Source: Nitrospinales bacterium
GTDB lineage: Bacteria > Nitrospinota > Nitrospinia > Nitrospinales > VA-1
Direction of reading: 5' to 3'
Assembly: GCA_965223345.1 (NCBI GenBank)
Contig: CBDCWG010000012.1
Location: forward strand, 96,001 to 160,000
DNA length: 64,000 nt
A model generated the notes under the pieces. That model made no database searches. It had not been told where the DNA came from and saw only the letters and a program-made list of their open reading frames with translations. Made by a program: the position numbers and the translations under genes. Shown here piece by piece: positions 11,351 to 21,430 of this stretch. Within the stretch, counting starts at the first letter, position 1. Every line of letters starts with the position of its first letter.

Positions 11351-12451
11351 TCACATGAGGGACGGGCGCACCTGCTGCAGCAGGCTGCCGTGATCGACTT
11401 CCGGGAATTCTTCGATGATCTCGATCATCTCCGGCATGATGCGCAGGAACGCCTCGACGACGGCCGGGTCGAAATCGGTGCCGCTGTTGTTTTGTAAAAT
11501 TTCCACCGCCAGTTCGTAGGGGTAGGCGTCTTTGTAGTGACGTTTGCTCACCAGCGCGTCGAACACGTCGCAGATCGCGACGATGCGCGATTCGATGGGA
11601 ATCTCCCTGCCGCTGAGCCCGTTGGGATAGCCCGACCCGTCCCACCTCTCCTGATGCGTCAGGCTGATCGACTCGGCCATCTGCAAAAACTCCGATTCGC
11701 TGCCGGACAGGATCTCGGCGCCCATGATGGGGTGCAGCCGCATGATCTCCCACTCCTCGTCGGTCAGTCTGTGCGAATTCAGCAGCACCTGATCGGGGAT
11801 GCCGATCTTGCCGATGTCGTGCAGCGGACTGGCGTGCCGGATCAGTTCGCACTGTTTGTCATCCAGCCCCAGTTCCTTCGCCAGGCGCGAGCACAGATAG
11901 CTCATGCGCAGAATATGGTTTCCCGTGTCGGACTCGCGGATCTCCACGGCCCGGGCCAGGCGCTGCACCACCTCGAAGCGGGACTCCTTGAGCTCCTGCG
12001 TGCGGGCGCGGACGGTTTCCTCCAACATGCAGTTGTCCTGACGCACCTTTTTGTGCAGCAGGCTGATCTCCAGCATGTTCCGCACCCGGACCAGCGCTTC
12101 GGTCATCTCAAACGGTTTGGTGAGAAAATCCTTGGCTCCGGATTTGAGAGCGCGGATGCGCGTGGGCACGTCGCGCTGGGCGGTGAGCACCAGGATGGGC
12201 AAAAACGTCTCCGTCTCCACCGCCTTCAGGGCTTCCATCACCGCAAAGCCGTCCATGTCCGGCATCTTGAGATCGAGCAGGATCAGGTCGGGTCGGATCG
12301 TCTGATAGGATTCCACCGCGTTGACGGATTCCTGCACGCTGTGCAGATTGGTGAACCCCGCTCCCGTCAACAGCCGCTCGAGAATGCGGATGTTTCCGGG
12401 CTCATCGTCGATGATGAGGATGGACGCATCGTTTACGGTTGGGATGGACAT
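11351..12451 (-). CDS. Response regulator with HD-GYP phosphodiesterase domain (RpfG-like)
   Basis: REC domain (IIDDE, LLDLKMP, KPF) plus LHDIGKIG and HQERWDGSGYP. Confidence 0.93.
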   Translation of the reverse strand: MSIPTVNDASILIIDDEPGNIRILERLLTGAGFTNLHSVQESVNAVESYQTIRPDLILLDLKMPDMDGFAVMEALKAVETETFLPILVLTAQRDVPTRIRALKSGAKDFLTKPFEMTEALVRVRNMLEISLLHKKVRQDNCMLEETVRARTQELKESRFEVVQRLARAVEIRESDTGNHILRMSYLCSRLAKELGLDDKQCELIRHASPLHDIGKIGIPDQVLLNSHRLTDEEWEIMRLHPIMGAEILSGSESEFLQMAESISLTHQERWDGSGYPNGLSGREIPIESRIVAICDVFDALVSKRHYKDAYPYELAVEILQNNSGTDFDPAVVEAFLRIMPEMIEIIEEFPEVDHGSLLQQVRPSLM

Positions 12452-12657
12452 GGCGCCTTTCTTGCCGGCATGCAACGGGCTCCCCTCTCCGGCAGGTGCA
12501 GTGGAACTGCGGATCAATCAATTTACATTTACCATAATATTCCACCTATAATACGGCAATCGCCCCCTGCAGTCAATGGACGTGAACGTCCCGCGATGGC
12601 GGTCTGGCGCACGCGTTCTTTCCGGTATTCAGGCGGTCACATCGAAAACCGGCAAAT

Positions 12658-13872
12658 TCAGCGGTTTCCGGTAGTGATGCGGCGGAGCCCATGCCAAGCG
12701 GACGCGATGAAAGACTGGATTTTTTTCACGATGTATTTGCGGGGATCGAACAGCCTGCGGTGGGTTTCGTGCAACAGGCGCGGGATGTCCAGCTTTTCCG
12801 GGCAGCGCGGCAGGCAGTCGCCGCACTCTGTGCAGCGGGACGCAAACGCGCCGGGGAACCAGTGGCCCTTCTCTTCCAGCATGTTGTAGCGGTAGCGCCC
12901 GAACGCCTGCATGTCGTAGCCTTCCACGAGGTTGCGGAAGCGCAGCACCTCGGGGATGTTGATGTCCTCCGGGCAGGGCAGGCACTCGTGGCACCCGGTG
13001 CAGCGCTCGCTCACGCCGGCACCGGCCGCATCCATCCTCTGCTTGATGGGAATCTCGCTGTCTGTGAAATAGGTTTCCCCGTTCAGGATCGCCAGGTTCT
13101 GCGCGAAATGCGCGGGCGCGTGCATGCCCATGCTGAGCGTGGTGATTTCCGGGTGGCTGAGGCAGAAACGGCCGTTGAACTGGATGGCGCTCAGCGGGTG
13201 GACCGATTCTTTCACCTTGCCGGACGGGTTCCAGAGCTGGCCGCCCTTGTCGTTGGGGGAGATGATGAACACGCCGATGTCCTTTTCGCCGGCCCGCTGC
13301 ACGGCGGGCAGGTTGCGCTGGAAAAAATAATAGTAGTGCAGGTTGACGAAGCTGAACCGGCCGCTGTCGAGCGCCTCGAGGATGATGTCGAGCGGGCCGT
13401 GCGTGGAAAAACCGATGTGGCGGACGATCCCCTCTTCCCGCATCCGGTGCAGCGTGTCAACAGGGCCGCCGGGTTTGAGGGCCGCGTCCAGCCGCTCGCG
13501 GTTGTTGATGCCGTGCCAGCCGTAAAAATCGATGTAGTCGAGCTTGAGCGCCTGGAGCTGTTGCTCGACCAGGCGCCGGGTTTCGTCGGCGCTCATGGGC
13601 GCGCCCTTGGTCATGATCTTGATCGTGTTGCGCGGCGGCGCCAGCTCTTTGAGAACGGCGCCGAACAGGTGCTCGCTTTTGACGTACCCGTGCGCGGTCT
13701 CGATGTGGTTGATCCCCAGATCCAGCGCCTGCCGGGTGGTTTCGAGGGCGTTCTGCACGGAGGAGGCGGGCAGGTGGTCGCGCGGCGGGGTCCAGCCGTG
13801 TTTGAACCGCATGCCGCCCAGGGTGATGACGGAGATGCGTTCGTCGGTTTGTCCGAATCTTCGGTATTCCAT
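12658..13872 (-). CDS. Aldo/keto reductase with C-terminal 4Fe-4S dicluster
   Basis: MEYRRFG, GINHIETAHGY, IGFSTH; CTGCHECLPCP and CTECGDCLPRCP. Confidence 0.9.
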   Translation of the reverse strand: MEYRRFGQTDERISVITLGGMRFKHGWTPPRDHLPASSVQNALETTRQALDLGINHIETAHGYVKSEHLFGAVLKELAPPRNTIKIMTKGAPMSADETRRLVEQQLQALKLDYIDFYGWHGINNRERLDAALKPGGPVDTLHRMREEGIVRHIGFSTHGPLDIILEALDSGRFSFVNLHYYYFFQRNLPAVQRAGEKDIGVFIISPNDKGGQLWNPSGKVKESVHPLSAIQFNGRFCLSHPEITTLSMGMHAPAHFAQNLAILNGETYFTDSEIPIKQRMDAAGAGVSERCTGCHECLPCPEDINIPEVLRFRNLVEGYDMQAFGRYRYNMLEEKGHWFPGAFASRCTECGDCLPRCPEKLDIPRLLHETHRRLFDPRKYIVKKIQSFIASAWHGLRRITTGNR

Positions 13873-14017
13873 AAGTCAAAGTATGGGTGTGCTGCACTTA
13901 GGATGACGCCGCCCCCGGTTGGATTCACGCCCGATGCCGCAAAGAGAAGGTGGCAGGACCGCCGGGGTCGGTTATAATACCGGATCGTATTCACCGACCC
14001 TTCATTCCATCCGTCAC

Positions 14018-15154
14018 ATGGTGCCTCTGCGGTCTCCCGTCCTGAAAAAAATCAAGCGGTTCTTCGGCCAGCGGGAAGTGCGGTTTCCCCTCACGCTGGT
14101 GGGAATCCTGCTGGGCATGGTGTTTTTTTTCGCCCTGGTGTTTTCGCAGTTCGAAGAAGGCGCCAGCTTCGGGGACGGACTGTGGACCGCCTACATCACG
14201 CTGACCACCATCGGTTACGGTGATTTTACCGCAAAAACGTTTCAGGGACGGCTGACCACCGTCCTCACCACCCTCATCGGGATCGGCTGCTTCGGCGTAT
14301 TCACCGGGATCATCGTCGAACGCGCCCTGCAAAGGAGATTGAAAAAAATGAAAGGGGAAAGTCATTACAGCGGACGGGACCATCTGGTGATCGTCAACGT
14401 GCCCTCCTATGAAGAGATCCGCGAACTGCTGCGCGAGCTGACCCTCAGCCCGGATTTCAAGGACATCCCGGTCGTGCTGGTGGCCGCCAGCCTGCCGAAC
14501 GACGACAAGGAAATCCCGGGATTTCTCATGGGCCACATCGACGGGTTCGTCCTGGGTCTGCCTTCGACGCTGGAAACGCTGGAACGGGCCAATCTGGGTG
14601 CAGCGCAGGCCTGTGTGTTTCTCGGATCGACCGGCGATCCCAAACTGGACGACACCAACACGCTGACCGCGGGCCTCATTGAGAAGAACTGGCCCAAAGT
14701 GGTGACCATCCTCGGCTGCACGCGCGCCGAGACTCTGAAGAACCTGGACATGTTCAACATCAACGGCGGCATCAACGCCACCGGCCTGCAGATGGGGCTG
14801 CTGGTGCAGGAGCTGGAGGACCCGGGCGTGTTCGAGGTGTACCACCAGCTTTCCTCCAACGCGGGCGGCAGCCAGATCTACATCGCGCAAACGCCGGTGG
14901 GCCGCTGGCAGGGCTACGAGCCGGACATCACGCTGGGAAAACTGAAAATGGCGATCCTGGCGCTGAACCAGCCGGCGGAGATTCTCGGCGTCAAACGCAA
15001 TCCACGCGATGAAATCTTTTTGAATCCGCAAAACGATTTTAAACTGGAACAGCAGGACCGGCTGATCTATCTTTCTAAGAGTCGCATCGATTGGCCGGGT
15101 CTGAGTGTTCAACTGGTGCAGAAGATGCGCGCTCTCGAAACCGCCTCCACGTGA
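14018..15154 (+). CDS. Two-TM potassium channel with RCK/TrkA-like domain
   Basis: Selectivity filter TTIGYGD between two TM helices; cytoplasmic RCK-like C-terminus. Confidence 0.88.
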   Translation: MVPLRSPVLKKIKRFFGQREVRFPLTLVGILLGMVFFFALVFSQFEEGASFGDGLWTAYITLTTIGYGDFTAKTFQGRLTTVLTTLIGIGCFGVFTGIIVERALQRRLKKMKGESHYSGRDHLVIVNVPSYEEIRELLRELTLSPDFKDIPVVLVAASLPNDDKEIPGFLMGHIDGFVLGLPSTLETLERANLGAAQACVFLGSTGDPKLDDTNTLTAGLIEKNWPKVVTILGCTRAETLKNLDMFNINGGINATGLQMGLLVQELEDPGVFEVYHQLSSNAGGSQIYIAQTPVGRWQGYEPDITLGKLKMAILALNQPAEILGVKRNPRDEIFLNPQNDFKLEQQDRLIYLSKSRIDWPGLSVQLVQKMRALETAST

Positions 15155-15157
15155 ACC

Positions 15158-16414
15158 ATGAATGCTTTCCGCTTCATCCACTGTTCCGACCTGCACATCG
15201 ACAGCCCGTTCAAGGGGATGGGCGCACTCGATCCGGCGCTGGCGGAATCGCTGCGCGCGTCCACATTCCGCGCGTTTGACAACATCGTCCGCCTTGCGAT
15301 CCGCGAACGGGTGGACGCGGTGCTGATCGCCGGCGACGTGTTCGACAGCGCCGACAAAAACCTCAAGGCGCAATTGAAATTCCACCGCGCGCTCGGCGAG
15401 CTGTCGGCGGCGGGCATTCCCGCATTCGTCGCGCACGGCAACCACGATCCGCTCGACGGCTGGTCGGCGTCGCTGACGCCGCCGGAAGGCGTGGTGTTCT
15501 TCTCGGGCGAAGCGGTCGAACGGCACCCGGTGGTGCGCGACGGCGAAACGCGCGCCTGGATTTACGGCATCAGCTATCCCACACGGGAGGTGCGGGAAAA
15601 CCTGGCGTCCCGCTTCCGGCGCGAAAACGAGACCGGGTTCGCGGTGGGCGTGCTGCACGCCAACGTGGGGCAGGACCCGAACCACGACAACTACGCCCCC
15701 TGCTCGCTGGAAGACTGCATCGCGGCGCAGATGGACTACTGGGCGCTGGGGCACATCCACGCGCACCGGGTTCTGCGTCCGGAATTCCCCGCGGTGGTTT
15801 ACTGCGGCAACTCGCAGGCGCGGCACCTGCGCGAGACGGGGCCGAAGGGCTGTTGCCTGGTGACGCTCAACGAAAACGCCGGGCCGGCGATCCAGTTCAT
15901 CGCCACCGACGCGGTGCGATTCTGGGAAGACGCTCTGGATCTGAGCGCCGTGGAAACCATGCAGGACGCGTTGTCCGCGATTCGCACGCGCTGTGCGGAG
16001 GTCATCGAGGAAGCCGGCGAGCGGGAAACGCTCATCCGCTTGAGCCTCACCGGACGCACGCGGCTGCACGAAGAGCTCTCGCGTCCGGGCAGCCTCGCCG
16101 CGCTCACCGAAGAGGTGCAGCAGGGTTTTGCCGGCCGAAAGCACGCCGTGTGGATCGGCTGCACGCAGAACACGCAAGCGGATTTCGATCCGGAGACGCT
16201 GAAGCAGGGCAACGATTTCGTCGCCGACCTGCTTGCCACGTTTGCGTCAGCGCAAAACGGTGACAATGCAGAAGCATTGCAAGCGGCGCTCAAACCCCTT
16301 TACGAAAGCTGGCCGGGTGGACGGCACCTGGCGCCGTTGTCCGGGCAGGAATGGCAGCAGCTTTTGACACAAGCGAGAAACCTGGCGCTCGACCCCCTGA
16401 TCGAAAAGCGCTGA
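15158..16414 (+). CDS. Metallophosphoesterase / DNA repair exonuclease (SbcD/YhaO-like)
   Basis: DLH, AGDVFD, GNHD and ALGHIH motifs. Confidence 0.92.
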   Translation: MNAFRFIHCSDLHIDSPFKGMGALDPALAESLRASTFRAFDNIVRLAIRERVDAVLIAGDVFDSADKNLKAQLKFHRALGELSAAGIPAFVAHGNHDPLDGWSASLTPPEGVVFFSGEAVERHPVVRDGETRAWIYGISYPTREVRENLASRFRRENETGFAVGVLHANVGQDPNHDNYAPCSLEDCIAAQMDYWALGHIHAHRVLRPEFPAVVYCGNSQARHLRETGPKGCCLVTLNENAGPAIQFIATDAVRFWEDALDLSAVETMQDALSAIRTRCAEVIEEAGERETLIRLSLTGRTRLHEELSRPGSLAALTEEVQQGFAGRKHAVWIGCTQNTQADFDPETLKQGNDFVADLLATFASAQNGDNAEALQAALKPLYESWPGGRHLAPLSGQEWQQLLTQARNLALDPLIEKR

Positions 16415-16440
16415 ACCGGTTTCCTTTCCAGCGGCACACC

Positions 16441-19140
16441 ATGCAGATTCGTGAAATTCACATCGAGGGTTTCGGCATCTTTGCCGACACCCGGCTGAAA
16501 AACCTGACCGGCGGGCTCAACGTGCTGTTCGGCGCGAACGAGGCGGGCAAAACCACCCTCATCGAATTCATCCGCCGCATCCTGTTCGGGTTTCCGCGCA
16601 AAACCAAAGGCACCAACGCCTACCCGCCGCTGTTCGGCGGCACGCACGGAGGCAAACTGTTCTGCGAGCTGGCCTCGGGTGAGGCGGTGGTGCTGGCGCG
16701 CCGGCACAGCGGCAAGGAAAAAATCACCGTCTCCACCGACACGGGCGAAAAGACCGGAGACAGCGCGCTCAAGCAGGTGCTCGGCCACGCTCCCAAGGAG
16801 CTGTTCAACCACATCCACGCCTTCACGCTCGACGAGCTGGCGGATTTCAATTCGCTGAAAGGCGATGAAATCAAAAACCGCATCTACGGCGCCGGGCTGG
16901 GGCTGGGCGCGGTTTCGCTGAAGGATGTGGACAAGGCGCTGGCGGAGCGTTGCGATGCGGTGTTCAAGCCACGCGGCAAAAAACGCATGAACGTGCTGTA
17001 TGAGGAAATCCAGATGCTGGAGGACGCGCTGGTGACGCTGCGCACAAGTCTCGGACGCTACGACGAACTCAGCGCGCGCATCGAACGCATGGAAGCCGAG
17101 CGGAAACAACTCACCGAAAAACTGCAAGAACTGGAAGCGCGTAAAAAGATGGTGGAAACGCAGAAGCACCTGCATCCCGTCGTGCGCGAGCTGGAGGAAA
17201 CGGAGACGGCGCTGGCGGCGTTGCCGGCGGTTCCCGGCTTTCCGGAGAAAGGGCTGGAAAAACTCGACGCGCTGCTGCTGGTAAAAAAAGAACTCAACAA
17301 CCGGCTGGAGGAAGAGACGCGGACGCTGACGGGCTGGGTCGCGGAGCGGGACAAGCTCAAAATCAACCGGGCGCTGCTGGAAAAAGAAGCGGAGGTGGTG
17401 TTCATGCAGCAGTCGCTCAAACAGGTGACGGCGGCGATGCAGCAAAAAACCGCTCTCGAAAAGGAGCTGTCGCGATTGAACGCCGCGCTGGAAAAGGAAC
17501 ACGCCGCTCTAGGCGCGGACTGGCAAGAGGATCGCATCCTTGCGTTTGCGTTCGACGCAAAGCAGGCGCAGTCCTTTCACGAGCAATTCGAGGCGCTGCG
17601 CGACCGGGTGACGCGGACGCGGGAGAAGCTGGAGTATTACCGCAAGCGGAAACAGGCGGAGGGCGCGAAAGGATGGGGCATCCTGGTCTGGCTGCGCAGC
17701 GTCGGCCTGGCGCAATGCGGGCTGGGACTCGCGGGGCTGGGCTGGGGCGTGTTCTCCGGCAACCCGCCGGTCATGGGCGTTTCGTCCTGCCTGCTGCTGT
17801 TGGGCGCGCTGCTGCTGCGCAAATACCAGAAGGAAAAACGCGAATTCTTCGCCGAGGACGCTTTCGGGCTGGGGCTGGAGGAAAAGGCGCGCAAGGCGGA
17901 AGCGGAACAGCAGTCTCTGTCCGCGGCGTGGCGCGCCGCGCTCGCCGAATGGGGGCTGGCCGAGACGCTGACGCCCATCGAGGCGCGGGAAACGGGCGCG
18001 CTGCTGCACGCGATGGCGGAAAAGATCCGCCAGCGTGTAAGATTGCAGGCCGAGGTGCGACAGATGCAGGAGACCGAGCAAGAGGTGCGGGACCGCCTCA
18101 CCGCCCTGCAGCCGGCGCTCACCGGAACCCCGGGGATCGATACGCTGGAAGCGGGCATCGAAAACGCGCAGCGGCAGTTTGAAGCGGCGAAGCGCGATGC
18201 GCAGCGGTCGGAGCATCTGCAAAACAGCATCCAAGAGCAGACGAAAAAGAACGAACGGCTGCGACAGCTTTTGCAGCAGAACGAAAATGAAAAAATCGAA
18301 TTTTTGCAGCAGGCCGGTGCGGAGAACGAAGACGACTTTCGCGCCCAGCACCGGACGGTGCAACAACGGCAATCCCTGATGCTGAAGACCGAACAAAAGC
18401 AGAACCACATCCGCTCGCGGCTGGGCGAGGAGGCGGACTGGCAGGCGTTCGCGGCGCAGCTCAAAGCCACGGCGTTCGACCGCATCGAAGCGGACTGGCG
18501 CGCGGTTGCGCAGGAGCATAAGCAACTGGACGCCAAGCGCGACGCGCTGCTGCAGTCGCTCGGTGAGGTGAAAAACCAGCGCGACCAGCTGGCGTCGAAC
18601 GACGATCTGTCGATCAAGCAGACGGCGCTGGAAATGCGCAAGCAGGAGCTGGCGGAGCTGGGACGGGAATGGGCGGCGGCGAAGCTGGCGCGCGTGCTGC
18701 TGGATGCGGCGCGGCAGCAATACGAAACCCACCGCCAGCCGGGTGTGCTGAAAGCGGCGGAGCGGGTGTTTGCCGCCATCACCGATGGAGCCTATCCCAA
18801 GATCGTCAAACCGATCGACAGCGACGAACTGCTGGTGGAGAACCGGCAGGGCGACCGCAGGCAACTGTTCGAGCTCAGCCGCGGCACCCGCGAACAGCTG
18901 TATCTATCGATGCGGCTGGGGCTGATCGAAGAACACGACCGGCGCGCGGAACCGCTGCCGGTGATTCTCGACGACGTGTGGGTCAATTTCGACGAGACGC
19001 GGCGGACGCGCGTGCTGGAGCAGTTGAAAGCGTTCGCCGAAGGACGGCAGGTGCTGGCGCTCACCTGTCACGCGGCGGTGCTCAAGGCTTACGAAGCGCT
19101 GGGAGCCAACGTGGTGCCCTTTTTCGGTGCGGGCGAATGA
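16441..19140 (+). CDS. YhaN-like AAA/SMC-type ATPase
   Basis: GANEAGKTT Walker A, long coiled coil with central TM pair, LSRGTREQLYL signature, ILDD..VNFD..R. Confidence 0.9.
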   Translation: MQIREIHIEGFGIFADTRLKNLTGGLNVLFGANEAGKTTLIEFIRRILFGFPRKTKGTNAYPPLFGGTHGGKLFCELASGEAVVLARRHSGKEKITVSTDTGEKTGDSALKQVLGHAPKELFNHIHAFTLDELADFNSLKGDEIKNRIYGAGLGLGAVSLKDVDKALAERCDAVFKPRGKKRMNVLYEEIQMLEDALVTLRTSLGRYDELSARIERMEAERKQLTEKLQELEARKKMVETQKHLHPVVRELEETETALAALPAVPGFPEKGLEKLDALLLVKKELNNRLEEETRTLTGWVAERDKLKINRALLEKEAEVVFMQQSLKQVTAAMQQKTALEKELSRLNAALEKEHAALGADWQEDRILAFAFDAKQAQSFHEQFEALRDRVTRTREKLEYYRKRKQAEGAKGWGILVWLRSVGLAQCGLGLAGLGWGVFSGNPPVMGVSSCLLLLGALLLRKYQKEKREFFAEDAFGLGLEEKARKAEAEQQSLSAAWRAALAEWGLAETLTPIEARETGALLHAMAEKIRQRVRLQAEVRQMQETEQEVRDRLTALQPALTGTPGIDTLEAGIENAQRQFEAAKRDAQRSEHLQNSIQEQTKKNERLRQLLQQNENEKIEFLQQAGAENEDDFRAQHRTVQQRQSLMLKTEQKQNHIRSRLGEEADWQAFAAQLKATAFDRIEADWRAVAQEHKQLDAKRDALLQSLGEVKNQRDQLASNDDLSIKQTALEMRKQELAELGREWAAAKLARVLLDAARQQYETHRQPGVLKAAERVFAAITDGAYPKIVKPIDSDELLVENRQGDRRQLFELSRGTREQLYLSMRLGLIEEHDRRAEPLPVILDDVWVNFDETRRTRVLEQLKAFAEGRQVLALTCHAAVLKAYEALGANVVPFFGAGE

Positions 19141-19925
19141 TGAAGACATTATCAGCCGCAACACTAGTGTGTGCGCTGCTGTTCGCATTCGCCCCTGCGC
19201 ACGCGGACGCGGGCATGGTGGAAATTCCCGCCGGGGTCTACGAATCCGGCTCCGCGCCCGACACGGGTTATCAGGAGTGCGAAAAAAACAACACGGTGTG
19301 CAAGCGCAAATGGTTTTCCGATGAGGAACCGCGGCGCGAGGTGTACCTCGATGCGTTTGCCATCGACACGCACGAAGTGACACAGAAAGAGTTTCAAAAA
19401 GTAATGGGGGAAAATCCTTCTTCCTTCAAGGGTGAGGACCATCCGGTGGAAAACGTGACCTGGTACGAGGCGAAATCGTATTGCGAGCAGGTGGGCAAGC
19501 GCCTGCCGACGGAAGCAGAATGGGAAAAGGCGGCGGGCGGCGGCGCGGCGACGGTGTACCCCTGGGGCGACGCGGTGGTTTCCAAGCGGGCGAATTTCTG
19601 CGACGCGCACTGCGGCAAAAAGTGGAAGGAAAAACAGTTCCAAGACGGTTTCGAGCACACCGCACCGGTGGGCAGCTTCCCGCCCAACGGCTACGGCCTC
19701 TTCGACATGGCGGGCAACGTGTACGAATGGGTGGCCGACTGGTACGATGAAGACTATTACGAATCGGCGCCGCGCAAAAATCCCAGAGGGCCGCAGGGCG
19801 GAAGAAAAAAAGTGATCCGCGGCGGCTCCTGGATCAACTACTCCTCCGGTGTGCGCCCGGCCGACCGCTCGGACGCCAAGACCCGCGACCGCTACAACTT
19901 CATCGGCTTCCGCTGCGCGAAGTAG
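19137..19925 (+). CDS. Secreted formylglycine-generating enzyme (SUMF1/FGE-sulfatase) family protein
   Basis: Signal peptide; RLPTEAEWEKAA, DMAGNVYEW, RGGSW, GFRC. Confidence 0.92.
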   Translation: MMKTLSAATLVCALLFAFAPAHADAGMVEIPAGVYESGSAPDTGYQECEKNNTVCKRKWFSDEEPRREVYLDAFAIDTHEVTQKEFQKVMGENPSSFKGEDHPVENVTWYEAKSYCEQVGKRLPTEAEWEKAAGGGAATVYPWGDAVVSKRANFCDAHCGKKWKEKQFQDGFEHTAPVGSFPPNGYGLFDMAGNVYEWVADWYDEDYYESAPRKNPRGPQGGRKKVIRGGSWINYSSGVRPADRSDAKTRDRYNFIGFRCAK

Positions 19926-20060
19926 AGAACCCAGCACTTCACCGATCGATCGTGCAGATCCTCGCCATTTATATTTGCCGTTGTTGATCCGATGAGAAGG
20001 TTGGGTTTTCTCGATCCGTAAAACCAGAATCGATCCATCCACCCCGCTCAGTTCTCACGC

Positions 20061-20576
20061 ATGCCCTTCACTCCCTTCCATTTCGGTCCGGGGCTCCTGA
20101 TCCAGTCGCTGCTCACCCGCTGGTTCAGTTTCTGGGTGTTCGTCCTCTCGCAGGTCGTGATCGATCTGGAAACGCTGTATCGCATCTTCAGCGGCATGCG
20201 GCCGCTGCACGGCGTGCTGCATTCTTTTTTCGGCTCCACCATCGCGGCGGGCGTCACGATTTTGCTGGTCAAACCGGCGTTCCGAGCGGCGAGCGCCGTG
20301 CATCAGTGGTTTGAGGTCGTTAAGCGCGAGGAACCCGCCTGCAAGCCGCCGCCGTTTGCAGTGGTATGCATCACGGCGTGCGTCGGCGCGTGGTCGCACG
20401 TGGTTCTGGACAGCGTGATGCACCCGGACGTGACGCCGTTTCACCCCTTTTCCCCGGACAATCCCTTCCTGCATTGGGTTTCGCTGGCCGCGCTGCACCA
20501 GGGCTGCGTGCTGGCGGGGGCCCTGGGAGCGCTGGTCTGGCTGGTGCGGTGGATTTTGCGCAGAACGCGAGCGTAG
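20061..20576 (+). CDS. Membrane metal-dependent hydrolase-like protein (DUF4184/YdjM-like)
   Basis: MPFTPFH, HGVLHS and SHVVLDSVMH motifs, hydrophobic segments. Confidence 0.75.
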   Translation: MPFTPFHFGPGLLIQSLLTRWFSFWVFVLSQVVIDLETLYRIFSGMRPLHGVLHSFFGSTIAAGVTILLVKPAFRAASAVHQWFEVVKREEPACKPPPFAVVCITACVGAWSHVVLDSVMHPDVTPFHPFSPDNPFLHWVSLAALHQGCVLAGALGALVWLVRWILRRTRA

Positions 20577-20631
20577 AAACGCCCCGTTGGAAGGGTCTGC
20601 GGCTGCATCGGGATGAAACGGGGTTTGCCGG

Positions 20632-20671
20632 TTGACAAAATAATGAATATTTTATAAATTATTCATTATTT
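20632..20671 (+). promoter_or_regulatory. Sigma-70 promoter overlapped by a probable TetR operator
   Basis: TTGACA(20632)-N17-TAAATT, overlapping the perfect 12-bp inverted repeat AAATAATGAATA-N10-TATTCATTATTT (20638-20671). Confidence 0.75.
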
Positions 20672-20743
20672 GCTAATATCCCCCCTGATCCCTCTGCGGG
20701 AAAGCCCCGAAGAGCCAGGAGACGATCCCCTAGACGAGCCCTC

Positions 20744-21352
20744 ATGAAAATCACAGAACAGACCACAGAGCAGATCCGCGACCAGATTCTCGATGCCGCA
20801 ATGGAACGGTTCGGCCGCTACGGCTGGGGCAAGACCACGATGGCGGAGATCGCCAAGGATTGCGAGATGTCCGCCGGCAACCTGTACCGCTATTACGAAA
20901 ACAAAAAAGAGATCGGCGCGGGCTGTGCCGAGCGCTGCATGAAATCCTCCGAGGCGTTGTGGCGCGACGTGCTCAACAAACCCGGTCTCACCGCCGCAGA
21001 CCGGCTGCGCGAGGCGATTGTGGCGAAGGTGGGCAACCTCTATAAGGAATTCTCGGAACGCCCGCCGCTGTTCGAGCTGGTGATCTTCGTCTCTAAGGAA
21101 CGGCGGGACCTGGTGACCCGGCATGAGGCGGCGCAGCAGTCGCTGATCGCGGAAATCCTGGCGGAAGGCAACCGCACCGGCGAATTCGACGTGCCCGATG
21201 TGCTGAAAACGGCGAAAAGCATCCTCGGCGCGACGTTCAAATTCATCGCGCCGCATTATATGGGCTCGCTGGCGCACATCTCGCTCGAAGACCTGGAACA
21301 CGAAGCCCGGCAGGTGGTCGATCTGTTGGTCCGCGGACTGGCAAAACGTTGA
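20744..21352 (+). CDS. TetR/AcrR family transcriptional regulator
   Basis: N-terminal HTH ILDAAMERF...TTMAEIAKDCEMSAGNLYRYYENK. Confidence 0.95.
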   Translation: MKITEQTTEQIRDQILDAAMERFGRYGWGKTTMAEIAKDCEMSAGNLYRYYENKKEIGAGCAERCMKSSEALWRDVLNKPGLTAADRLREAIVAKVGNLYKEFSERPPLFELVIFVSKERRDLVTRHEAAQQSLIAEILAEGNRTGEFDVPDVLKTAKSILGATFKFIAPHYMGSLAHISLEDLEHEARQVVDLLVRGLAKR

Positions 21353-21366
21353 TATTTTTGGCCATT

Positions 21367-21391
21367 TAATGAATATTTTACATAAAATTCA
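21367..21391 (+). promoter_or_regulatory. Second putative TetR operator upstream of the MMPL gene
   Basis: TAATGAATATTTTA is identical to 20641-20654 and lies in the imperfect palindrome TGAATATTTTACATAAAATTCA. Confidence 0.6.
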
Positions 21392-21430
21392 GCTGTTAAT
21401 TCTCAAACAATCAATTTCGGGGTGGATGGA

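Noticed and set aside
15158..19140. Nuclease plus SMC-like ATPase pair as a novel defence system
   Set aside because: Matches the widespread YhaO/YhaN (SbcCD-like) pair; no additional defence genes adjacent.
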